The notes under the pieces were generated by a model that was given only the letters and a program-made list of their open reading frames with translations, searched no databases and was not told where the DNA came from. The position numbers were made by a program, and so were the translations under genes. From contig MU054049.1 in assembly GCA_013239625.1 (NCBI GenBank), positions 1,253,015-1,317,014 on the forward strand: a DNA stretch of 64,000 nucleotides. The letters run 5' to 3'. This DNA is from Lama guanicoe (taxonomy: Eukaryota). Positions 41,801 to 53,000 of the stretch are shown here, piece by piece; within the stretch, counting starts at the first letter, position 1, and each line of letters starts with the position of its first letter.

Positions 41801-44129
41801 CTGCAAAACTGGAGGACAGGATGTTCACTAAATCATTCCTAGGTGACAGCACATGCAAAGTTCCGCTACAGGAGAATAGCTTGCTTGTCCCTAGCTTTTT
41901 CTTTCAGGTCTAACTTCTTCCTGACTCAAGCCTGACTCCATCTAGTGTCAGTTTTGGAAATTTGAATTGTGTCTCCCTTCTCTGTGGAGGAGCTCCGATG
42001 TGATACGTGCCAAGAACAGTTCCCTGTACACGGTTGGGGAATGAATGCGGGGAGAATGGGCGGGGGCAGAGTCCAGTCCAGCCATTAACTCCCAGCCACG
42101 CACTTCTCCCCCTCTTTCATTTCTTCCTTCCCTTCCTCCACCCGCTGCCTTCCTCCTGCACCCTTCTCCATCCTTTTCCTGCACGTCACTCTCACAATGT
42201 TTCAGCCTCGCCTGGATTATGTAAATTTCCTCCTATTGCTGCAATGTATTAAAATAATCCAGACCCTCCAAACACACACAAAACTGAGACACTCCTCTGA
42301 CACGATCGATCATACATAGGAGCATAAAACCACAGTGATTGTTCATGCAACAATGCTTTGAATTGGCGTGTGTGTTATTATTCACAGCAACAGCTTCACG
42401 CGCACGCATGTGTGTGCCAGGCTTTCATTATGAGTCATCACCGCTTCTCCCAACCCCTCACCCCTCGCACGCACGCATGCATGCATGTCCGCACGCACCA
42501 GGATGAAGCAAGCACTGGGCTTTGTAAAATCCTTCAGATTTATGAATTCCAAACTAAGATGTCCCTGATTCAGGGTTTGCAACAGTTCTGGAAACTTTCA
42601 AGGGCACTGGAGCTTTCAAAACACAATGCCTTAATCCCACAGGCCCCCGGATGTGTGTGGGCTGTTTGGATGGCCAAGTCAGCATCTCTCACTGTGGGTG
42701 GTGACAAGATCACTGCTGGAATTTCCACCTGCCCACTCGATCGCCCTGACACAGAGCCAGAGCCGGCCACGGCAGCCTACGGCCACACGCCGGGGTGCCT
42801 CAGCCACCCAGCAGAGGGCCCCCGAGGCCACGCTGTGGGCCAAGTCTTTGCCATTGCAGGCACAGTCCATCCATCCCAAACTGTCCCCCATCCTGCACTC
42901 CCTACTACAGAGACCAGCTGGGTCCCCAAAGGCAATGCAGGTTCTGGACCTAGGGTTCACCTTTGCATTCCCTCACCCCTGCCATCAAAAGCCAATCCTT
43001 CTCATCCTTCCAGACTCAGTCTGTGGCCTCCCACACCCCAGTCTGTCAAAAGCCCTGGTAGAAATCCCAATGAAGTTCAGTCTGCCTGATTCTACAGTGG
43101 GACAGTCTGAGGCAGCGCCAACCCAGAGTAATCGGAGTGTAGCCCTGGGTGAGCTGGGAGAACACCTTCCTGCAAGGGCTGGAAGAAGACAGAGCTGCCC
43201 CAGGGAGAAGGCACCCTTTAGGGTGGAGAAAGGGAGGGGCATTAGCTGACCTGGAATTTCACTTTCCTGCATGAGTGGGTCATGAATTTGGTAGCAGTTA
43301 GGAGCTGTTCAGCATGTTTCTTTTAGAAAGAGAAACGTGACAAGTTAGCCAGGGTGGGTCTTGGAGTGTGTGAACGTGTGTGTGTGAGATGGGACACGTG
43401 GCCTCCGTGGTCCCCCAGCCTCAAAAGCCCCCAATTCCACCACGCATTTCCAAAAGCCTCCTGCGGCTGGGAACCTGCCCCCTGCTGTGAGAACCCCAGG
43501 TGCCAGAGGAGGTGACATTGTCAGTGAGAGGAGAGCTCTCACTATGGCCACCCCAAGAACCCACAGACCACCACCCACCAAACCTAGGACGACCACATGC
43601 TCCGGTTTTCCTAGGATGGTCTGGGTTTATGCCCATCGTCCTGACATAATTATTAGTTGTGTCTCTTCTCCACTGTCAAAAAGTCCAGATTCGATGGCAA
43701 GGTAAACAGTCACCCTAATCACACCTGTCTCCCCTAGGCCAGTGGGTTGGCCAGCCAGGCAGTGGAGGGGGAGGGCAGGGGATGGGACAGAGAGAGAGAC
43801 CGAAAAACACTGAGTCAGAAACAGAGAGGTGATGCTTGGAGACAGAGTTGATGAAACATCCTTTAGGGCCTCCAACTCAGAGATCATTGCCAGAAACCAG
43901 AACATCCGAAGGAGGGCAGATCCTCAAGAAAGTGAACTTCTGAGGAAAGTCCATTTCCAGCTCACCCCCTGGGCATCCCCCTGATCACAGTGTGCCACAC
44001 GCTCCTCTCTTCTTCATCCATGAATCCATCCATTCCTTCAAGAGACACTACTTTGTAAGTCCCAGGTCCCATGAACTGACTGGAGGGGAAGACTGTGTTT
44101 CCGGTTCCTTCTAAAAGCCCAGCACCCTG

Positions 44130-45070
44130 TCTCAGCCCAGATTCTACCCTGAATACCAGCCACTTCCTGAACATCTCTATTTGGAAACCTTCAGAAGCCT
44201 CAGACTAACCATGTTCAAAAAAGTAGTCGCCAACACACCCCCACGGCCCACTGCCCACACCTGCTCTACCACCTCCTCCTCTAAGGGCACCACCCAGCCA
44301 GGACTTCCCCGCCCCAGCAGATGCTCGCTGTTCTTGGATTCCTTCCTCTTCTCCTGCAGCTGCATCTTCACTTTGCTCCCAGGTCTTGGGCCATCTGCGT
44401 CCTTGGTATAGCTCAGATCCTTGCTCCCCCAGTGAACTTCTCCTCATCCTTCCACATACAGTCCCGGTCTCACCTGTGCTCCCAGACATCCTGCTTCTTT
44501 GCTGGATCATGCACCCTTCTGCACCCCCAGGGCACAAAGCAACACACACTTAGCCCTGTCACAGCACCCCCTGACCCCAACACCAGGTGACAAGGATCTA
44601 TAATGTGTCCGTCTCCCCAGTAGACTGTAAGGGAACCTGTCTTCTCTTTTCTTAATTCTCACCACCTAGCCCACACCTTAATGCTCATTCATTCATTCAC
44701 ATCTGAGTATCATGAGTGCCTCCTCTGTTCTAGGCTCTGTGCTATGTGCTGGGGCTACAGAGATGAAGAGGATCCCACCCACAAGGACCTTATATATTAA
44801 GGGGGAAACAGTCAAAAGAAATAGACAAATCGGTATATCATATACTGTCAGCAAGTGGAAAGTCCTGTGAAGAAAAATAAGGCCAAGTAAGGGAAAGAGA
44901 ATAACTGGAGAAGTGGGGGGAGGGTTCTATTTTAAGCAGGCCACCTAAAACAAAATGGTGACATGGAAAGAAGAGATGTGAAGGAAATGAAGGGCAAAGC
45001 TTGCAGCTATCTGGGCAAAAGCATTTCATATGATAGAAAACAGCAAGTGCAAAGGTCCTGAGGTAGTATT
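44130..45070. mobile_element. L2 fragments (both orientations)
   Basis: ctccccagtagactgtaag; cattcattcattc...ctgtgctatgtgctgggg; agcaagtgcaaaggtcctgagg. Similar L2 relics lie near 13200-14050 and 17800-18200. Confidence 0.6.
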
Positions 45071-45481
45071 GTCCTTAGAGGCCATAAGCTTTATGAGGAA
45101 GAGCACTGAGGCTGGGTGGCAGCAGGCAAGCCAGGTAGCCTGGAGCAGAACACATATGGCTTCCCAACTGGGTCATGGCAGGAGCTGAAGATGTCACCCT
45201 GAGAGTGGGGGATGCACTGGTGGCGGAGGAGAGGATCTAAAGGGGAGGGGAGATCCTAACCCATGGTGTGCAGAAGCCAGCCCAAGCTCCCTTTGGCTAC
45301 TGTACCCTGTGGGTCTTGTGCTCATGACACCTGCCCACTGCCCAAAGGAGGGGACCCAGGGTACATTCTAGTGCCCTAGGAAGCATTTCAAAGTGAAGAA
45401 AGGGGCTAGAATGTCAGGTGAGAGAATATGGATAAAACAGGAGGGAAAATGGTACCAGTCACAAGACAGCGGCGACCTTAC

Positions 45482-45512
45482 CTTGGGGTTCTCTTCTTTA
45501 GCGAGATGGTGT
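45482..45512 (-). CDS. TMEM273: TMEM273 micro-exon (31 nt; (D)TISLKKRTP(R))
   Basis: ctttctctgtttag|ACACCATCTCGCTAAAGAAGAGAACCCCAAG|gtaagg, phase 1-2. Matches recalled DTIPLKKRAPR. Confidence 0.88.
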
Positions 45513-45540
45513 CTAAACAGAGAAAGCAGGATATTAGGCA

Positions 45541-46015
45541 GGTAACTGAACAGGACCCTGTGGTGACTTCCCAGGACAGACCCCCTCCCCTATATCCTCT
45601 GCTGTTGCTCCTCTTTGAAGTACTCAGATAAGAGTGTCTCATGTTCATTTCCTGAGTTTTTCAGATGCCAAAAACCACCACCAAAGGGAAGAAATTAACT
45701 ACTTGATGATCAAGAGCACATGGCCCCCAGACCTCCTGGCGCCTAGGAGTTGACAGTGTTGGCCACCCTGTTACCTTTACATCAACCAATCAAAGAATTG
45801 TGCACAAGCTGATCACATACCCTGTGACCCCCTCCCTTACCTGGCCTTTAAGTAAACTTTGCTGAAACCTGTCAGGGAGTTCGGGGTTTTCTTGGGCATG
45901 AGCCACCCCATCCTCCTTGCTCAGCCCTGCCATAAACCTTCCTCTGCTCCAAACTGACATTTCGGTTTGTTTAGCCTCATAGTGCATCGGGAACACGAAC
46001 TTTTGTTTGGTGACA
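45541..46015 (+). mobile_element. Solo ERV1-like LTR in a TMEM273 intron, antisense to the gene
   Basis: Begins (g)gtaactgaacagg and ends ggtgaca. Internal ccaatcaa, cctttaa TATA-like box and cataaa polyA-like signal; imperfect flank repeat ggca/gcca. Confidence 0.75.
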
Positions 46016-46029
46016 GCCAGGGGGCGCTG
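46011..46029 (+). promoter_or_regulatory. CTCF core motif candidate
   Basis: TGACAGCCAGGGGGCGCTG compared with consensus TGGCCACCAGGGGGCGCTA. Confidence 0.55.
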
Positions 46030-46609
46030 TGATAGTGGTGCAGCTCGCTCAGTGCCAGGCAAGCAGGAGAGGGTCAGAGCCCACCCCACTCACTGCGCTG
46101 AGAGGCTCCCTGGGTTGGAGCCACTGGAGGAGCAGTCCTGGGCTCAGTGTTCTACCCCCTCCCCTTTGGCACTGTTGGAGCTTCTCTCTCTGGGTCCGAT
46201 CACTGAGCCCCTGGCTCAGCACACAGGTAAGAATGAGCATCCACCTCCAACTTCAGTCGCTCCTTTTCTCCTGCCTCCTTGTAGAACTTGGGCTCTCTTG
46301 CCCTTAGGAGATCCAGAAGGTCTCCTGCTGTGTGATGGAGAGGCCGTTTCCTCTCCCCGCTTATTCCTAGGGATACAGAATCAACAGCAAACAAGCCCCT
46401 ACGACCACTCAAACTCCTTATGCAATTGGACAGGCCCCCAGTGCTGTGTCTCCTCCTCTCCCTGCCCCATTCCCTTCTGCACATCTTTGCAGATAATAAT
46501 CACATTTTCGAGAGATGTGGTGAGGCTCTTTCCTCCTCATCTTCAGGAAAACCTCACAGCAAACTGCCTCCTCATACCATGAAGCAGTCTTACATAGGGA
46601 ATGGTTTGT

Positions 46610-46748
46610 TTGTTTCTTTTTTTTTTTTTTGGTGGGGGGAGGTAATTAGGTTTTTAATTTATTCTTAGAGGAGGCACTGGGGATTGAACCCAGAACCTCA
46701 TGCATGCTAAGCACGCGCTCTACCACTGAGCTATACACCACCCCACTA
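46610..46748 (-). mobile_element. tRNA-derived SINE in a TMEM273 intron
   Basis: ggggattgaacccagaacctc...ctctaccactgagctatac with a poly-T tail; gggaatggt on both flanks. Confidence 0.88.
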
Positions 46749-47300
46749 CGGGGAATGGTCTTTGTGGGTCGCACTTTGAGAGAAAGAGGGTGTGAATCAA
46801 TGTCGCATTTTGCCTTCAAAACTCAGAAACTGAGTGTCTGGATCATGAGGATACACTCAGCACTGCTCAGCGTAGGCTTGCTCAGTTTATGAAGAAAAAT
46901 GCAACTTGGCCCACATAATCGGCGCCAGCTGCATCCCCCACCACCCAGCCATGCTAAGATCAGCCTCGTCACTTCCTGCCATCAATTTCATCTGATCACA
47001 CTATTTGTATAAAAGAATAGACATTTCTGTCTGAAGCCAGCTCAGCTCTCTTCCCCACCTTTCTCCAGGGAAGCTGATTCTTAGGAAGACCAAGAGTGAC
47101 TAAATGGAAAAATATGGGAGAAGGGGGATGGTGGGCAGACAGACAGACACACAGAGAGGTCACTGCATTTCTTTTCAACCATGTTTCTTATTCTCTCTCC
47201 AGCCGGCATGGCCCTGGGAGCCTCACGCTGGGTGGTTGCCCGGAATACATCTTGTGTCAGGCAGGAGCGGAGCTGGGGTTGACCACCACCGGTTCCTTAC

Positions 47301-47441
47301 CGTTGAAGCCTCCGTTTGTGCTTCTCAGGTCTGAGGAATCGTTATCAAACAGGTGCTTCCTGATCATGCAAATCTTCAGGGCCAGGAAGCCGGCCGAGAT
47401 GGCGATGCCCAGAGCAGTCCCGATGAGGGCGTATTTCATAT
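47301..47441 (-). CDS. TMEM273: TMEM273 transmembrane exon (141 nt; (D)MKYALIGTALGIAISAGFLALKICMIRKHLFDNDSSDLRSTNGGFN)
   Basis: cctgcccgtcag|ATATGAAATAC...TTCAACG|gtaagg. A hydrophobic helix followed by a basic stop-transfer segment; matches recalled TMEM273/C10orf128. Confidence 0.93.
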
Positions 47442-48325
47442 CTGACGGGCAGGGAGGAATTGAACCAGGGGCTGCGATCAGTCACCACCCTGCAAACATC
47501 TTCTATGGCTCCTTTTATGCTAGGATGGATTTCAGATTCAGGCACCTTAACATTCCATGCTCCAACCCACTGAGGCCAGCCTCATTTTCCACTCTCCTGG
47601 GAGCACACTGCCTCCCTGCCCTTCCACCTGCACCCCTTCTCCTCTTCCTGGAACCCCATCTCTGGTCCCTTAGCTGAGGAAACCATTCCTGAGTGGCTGA
47701 TGCCTCATTTCTCTGGCCTCCTGTAGCCGTCCTCACTTATCTCTGCATCAGTTCATTTATGGAGTATGTTTTGATGGCTTGCTCTGTAGTGAGCACTGAA
47801 GGCAAGAGACTAAGCCTTCGAGTCCATCTTGAGGAGCCTGCAGTCAGTGGCAGAGGAGAAGAGCTCACTCTAATGCCAGGTGACAGGGTGGGCCGGTGTG
47901 GGAGCCAGGAGCCTTCCCAGAGAAGGTGCCCGGCAAGCTGCACTGTGCTAGGTGAGCTGATCCCTGAGGTGGAGGGAGGGGCTGGCGAGGGCATGGAAGC
48001 CAGGCAGAGCCCACTGTCTAGGGGCTCACGGCTGCGGTGCAGGGCACTGTAGGTGCAAATAAAACGTCTTTCAACAAATTAAAAAAAAAATCATCTCATA
48101 GAGAGTGGAAGGAGGTGGCCCTGATGACTCATGTCCCCTTTGAGGGCAGTTTCTCTTGCAGCATGCCCCCGGGATGAAGCTGTGTTAGCCACTCAGGCAG
48201 CCCTGGAGGGGGGCACTGCTCTGGTTTTGTGATGACTGGCAGGAGACGCATATCAGGACACCCCACCAGAGTGCCTCCTCCCGCCCCTCAGCCCTGCACC
48301 CAGAATCAGCCAGGCGGCCACTTAC

Positions 48326-48379
48326 CAGTTTCGGTCCCAGCAGACTTGCCCATTGCTAACACTTGAACTCCTCCAACAT
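48326..48379 (-). CDS. TMEM273: TMEM273 coding exon (54 nt; (D)VGGVQVLAMGKSAGTET)
   Basis: gtcttcgcag|ATGTTGGAGG...GAAACTG|gtaagt, phase 1-1. Similar to recalled human DVGGAQVLATGKTPGAE. Confidence 0.88.
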
Positions 48380-49905
48380 CTGCGAAGACCGAAAACCCAG
48401 AGTCTGGTTAGAACAGAACTGCTGGCCGTGATCAGGCCAGGGGGTCAGGGGTCAAACCTTGTTCTAATTCCAAGCCTTCTTGGAAATCTGGTGACCTCTG
48501 TGCCCCATGGGCCCACGTGGGGCCCATCCACCCACCCACACACCACAGATATGATCCTGGTTTTGTCAATTCTTTGAATGAGATTCATTGTTCCTTTACA
48601 TTAATTCTTACATTAATCCTGCCACACCAGCCAGGTTGAAAACCATTTCAAGGGTGGGACAAGGTATTTTGCACATGGTAGGGCTGGACCGCTCCCGCCA
48701 CTGAACAGAGCTGACTTCCGGGTTGATGCCAGAAAGTCTGAGCTATGTGAGCTACACGCTCGCACTGGGGCCTTTCTGACTTGTCTGGCCCCTTGGTGCC
48801 TTTATCGGGCAGAAGGCAGGGGACAGGGCAGAGCAGGGCATCGGTGCATGGAGCCAAGCCCACTGAGGGACGGTCTTTTCCCCTGCCCCACTCACACACA
48901 GACATCGTCCTTCGGTCCCCTCCTTGGGGGTCTTTCCCCTGATGACCATCACCTTGACCATCTTGCAGCATAAAAGCTTTATATGAGCCCAAGATGAAAC
49001 TTGAACAGAGGAAACAGAAAGGACACAGGTCAGAAAGAGCAAGATGGAAAGAGATGGAGAACCAGAGAGACACAAGGAGACATGCGGACAGAGGGACACA
49101 CACTGCTTCTCGGCTCTGAGAAGCTCAGACTGCTGGCAGGAGGGCTGGGGAGGAAAGGGGAGAAAGAATGTCTAGAGTCCAAAAATGCCTGGCCCTGCCC
49201 TCCCTGACAGCACCAGGCTCCAGTCATCACCAGGCTGCCAGCATCCTTCATCAGCCTCGCCCACCAAATGCATCGGCTCCTTAGATACCACCCTCCATGC
49301 TCCTAGCCGGGAGGCTGCCCCGGTCCCTGGCCCCAGAGGGGCTCTCCTGCCCCAGGTCAGGGACTGAGTGAGTGCCCTCCATGGGGGCACTGCTCTTACA
49401 GCTGCAAGTGACAAACCTGGGGAGTGGGCCGCGCTGTGTGCTCCACCAGGCCACATCCCATCCTGGTAATTCCTGCTAGCCAGCCAGACGGCCACTCGGC
49501 GGCAGCCTTTCCCCTCCTCGGGGAGGGAAATCCTCCACCGCCCTCCCCCCTGCGCTCTGTGTCTCCGGCCTGAGCTCTAAGGAGCCCCTGGGTGAGGATC
49601 CGTCATAAATATACTTATGCCCCAGCCACCCCCATCTTTGCCTCCTGCCAGGGTCATGGGCTGGGGGAGTCCCTCCTGGACCATAGATCCCTGTGAGCCC
49701 CCAGCACCGATCTCCCCTGACTCTGCAAAGTAGCTGGAGATGGATGGCCCGAGCAGAGCTGGTCTGCAGGAGCAGCCAGAGGCCTGCGGAGCTCTCCTGC
49801 CTTCAGGTCTGTGAGAGCCCCAGGAGGAGGCCACGCTGCGCTCTCTTTGCTGGAATTCTCCGTGTTCTCTCATGCAGACATGAAGGAGGAACTTAGCATC
49901 CAGAT

Positions 49906-50050
49906 GACGGTCTCTCAGACCCGGGGGACAGTACCAAGGCAGGGGTCCTGGGTGTCAGGGAACGACGGTCTCTCAGACCCGGGGGACAGTCCAAGGGGGC
50001 TCTCAGACCCGGGGGACAGTACCAAGGCAGGGGTCCTGGGTGTCAGGGAC
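49906..50050. repeat. Short tandem duplication: 58-bp unit, truncated copy, near-complete copy
   Basis: ctctcagacccgggggacagt occurs three times; accaaggcaggggtcctgggtgtcaggga occurs twice. Confidence 0.9.
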
Positions 50051-53000
50051 CTTGTTGACCAGTAGATTCAGAGAGCTGTAGTAGGTACAGTGCTGCCCAA
50101 GTCTGGCTTGATCACTGACACTCCTCGCTCGGACTGTCCACACTGAGCCGGGCAGGCACAGAGAGCAGAAGCCAAAGTCCTGGGGCACAGCCCTCGCTGC
50201 TGCCAAGAGCAGAGAGCTTGGGGACTGCCTCTGGGTGGGCCACTAAGGGTCCAGGGCAGCCTCCACCCACACAGTCTCCGTGTGCCCAGGTGGGTCCCTG
50301 CACCCAGGAGTTCTCATCAAGCCACATACCTGAGGCTACACCTGCCTAGGGGATGGTGCCTTTTTCTAAGATGCACAAAGGCACCATCACGGCTCGGAGT
50401 CTAGACTCTCTGCTGCTTCCTCATGTCCTGTTTGGACCATGTGCTGACTGCCCAGACACTCCACCCCTCCCTGCAAAATAGCCAGGCTCCCGTCCCGCCT
50501 CTCTGCAGCCCCACCCCACTCAGTCCTGCAGAGCAGGGCCTGCTCTCTGCAAGTCATGTCCCACCAGGAAGGAATCTCTTGCACGGGTAAATCGTCCTGA
50601 GGCCTGGAGGGTCCCTGGGCCACCCTCCCCCTGTCCTGAGGGGGCAGACTTCAGAGAAGATGGGCAGGGCTGCTGTAGAGAGCAAGCGGACAACTCAGGG
50701 TGGCCCGCCCCGTCTGGGTTGGAATCTGACCCCCTCAGAGCCCATCCCTGACGTTCAGCCTTCCTGTGCTGTCCACACCTGTTGGGCCCACCCTCCATGG
50801 GGGCTAGCCCTCTTCACCACCCTTATTTGGGCAGAATCAGGCTGTGTGTTTCCCGTTGTGGGGCAGTGGGCGTGCGTGCCCGCAGATGTCATTCTATAAG
50901 TATCTGACCTAAAAATAGGGAGAGGCTGCCCTAAGTGTTTGTCAATTGCTGCCTGGCCATTTCCATCTTGGAACTTAAATATTGCAGAATGGCTCCTAAC
51001 TTTAGATCGCATACATTCCAACATTCTCGGCTTGAGGAAGGGGTTTCAAATGTCTAGAACCAGCATCCAACTTCTCATAACAGAGTCTGCACATAGGGAT
51101 GAGGTACCTGCGGTGTGCATGGCCCTCGTGCCTCGGGGGATCTAAGAGCCACCCAGGACCCCGGTCTCCCGTGAAGGAGCTTACAGAGTGATGGGGAGAC
51201 AAGATTTACACTGAAGAGATCAGTGTCATGGGTAATGTCCAGCATCTTCCTGCAAACCCAGTCTCCAAGAGCTGGAGGGAGTCTGAATTGGGGGTGTGAG
51301 GGGTGAACACTCGCTGTGTGGCCCACCCACCTCCCCTGACCCCTCAGCTGCAGGCAGCACCTTGGCTTTCCTTTGGGGAACCATCTCCGTGGGGTCCCAA
51401 GGCTGGCTCCAGGATGAATGTGTGAACCACACCTGATTAATTAGATATTACTTCTTCCTGTCAGCAGTGACTGGTTGAGTTGGGGCAGGTGATCCTATAC
51501 AGGCCAGTAAGACTCAGCTCTGGGACTTTGGGGCAAATACTGAGAAAGAAGAGTGTCTTCTGGAACTGGCAACTGTGGGGCTGAGGATGGTCCATGAGGT
51601 GGAGGGAACCTACTGAGACTGAAGCCCCCATAGAAAGAAGAGGGTCAGGCAGAGATCAAGTCTGAGATAGCTTTTGAGCCCCTGAATCCAGCCTTGCCTG
51701 AAGCATCCCTTCTTGACTTTTCAGCCAGCTCAGTAAGGAAACACCTTCTTTATCTTAGTTTTATCTGAGCTAGGTAAATGTCACCTACATTCAGGAGAGT
51801 CCTAATGACTTAGGTGGCAGGTCCTTCACACAGCAGAGAGTGCTGGCTGCCAACGAGGAGCTGTCACAGCACAGTCTCAAAGAAACCCAACTGGGATCCA
51901 CAAGCTAAGCAAGCCTGTGTACCACTGGGCCTTTGCACATGCTGCTCTTGTTGATGCAATGCCTCTCCTGTCTCCACAGAAAGCTCTTACTTACTCTTCA
52001 AGACTTAGCACAAAGTCACCTCCTCTGGAACTCCCCTTCCTCTCTGCTGGCTCAAGATCTCCACCCTCCCGCCACCACCTCATCACACCCCTGCCACTGC
52101 GCTGTTTGTATAGCCCCACAGAATGTTCTCCGGCTCGAAGGACACACTTCAGATAGTCCCCAAGTGAGCTGTTTCTCCCCAGGCCCAGGCTGATAAGTGA
52201 GACTTCTTTGGAGGTTAGTTTCTCCTCCTGGCAGTTTCAAGCAGAAGGTGAAAGGGGAGCATCCTGAACTGATGGGAAAGTACCCTCCGCATTACTGTTA
52301 AACTGGAAGTGGCTTGAAGTGATAAGATCAAGTTTCTAGCGCTGAGCGATGATGAGGGCTCGGGAGGAAGTGGAGTTCAGCCATAGAGAAACTGAGTGAC
52401 AGCATTGCTCCTGTGACTCTGAGACCAGGGACACCCATGCAACACGTGTGGAACACAGATGGACACGTGTGGCTGCCATCGCTGCGGACGTACCAGGTCC
52501 AAGAACAGCACAGCCCGACCCCACTGTGGGGGAGGATCAGAAAGGGGATTGGAAGTGCAGAGCGAAAGGGGACAGGCCGGTGATGCCTCACAGTATGGTT
52601 TGAGCCTGGGCCTCACTTTTCTCACCTGAAAATGGGGCCTTCAGACCCTGACACGTTGAAGGGACATACTGAGAAAGCTCTTTCTTTTGCCCGTTTGTCC
52701 CCAGCCTCTCTGCAATGGAAGCTGACCTTGGAGTCCCAGCAGAACCCAGGGCAGACTTTTCTAATTGGGCTGGTTTGGGGGCTGTGGGTGCTGGTGGCCC
52801 CTTTCCTCCTGAGAGCTCACAATGGGTCTGCTTCTCAGAAAAACAAGGTCAGTGGCCATGGCCCTGTCGCTCCACCTGGGGCTATTTGATGCTGTAAATT
52901 AGGGATGTGAAGTCCAGATACGGCAAGAAGGCTTCAGTCCTGTTCTGAGCAGGATGCCGGAGGACTCTGAGTTGGCCAGGGTTATACAGCACCCCTGCTC

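Noticed and set aside
42358..43249. 243-aa and 198-aa plus-strand ORFs
   Set aside because: Non-ATG starts, no recognisable domain, antisense within a TMEM273 intron.
43966..43980. Possible extra minus-strand TMEM273 micro-exon (cag|GGGGATGCCCAGGGG|gtgag)
   Set aside because: Weak polypyrimidine tract and no counterpart in the recalled protein.
49906..50050. CRISPR-like repeat-spacer appearance
   Set aside because: Eukaryotic context, the intervening sequences are themselves duplicated, and there are no cas genes.
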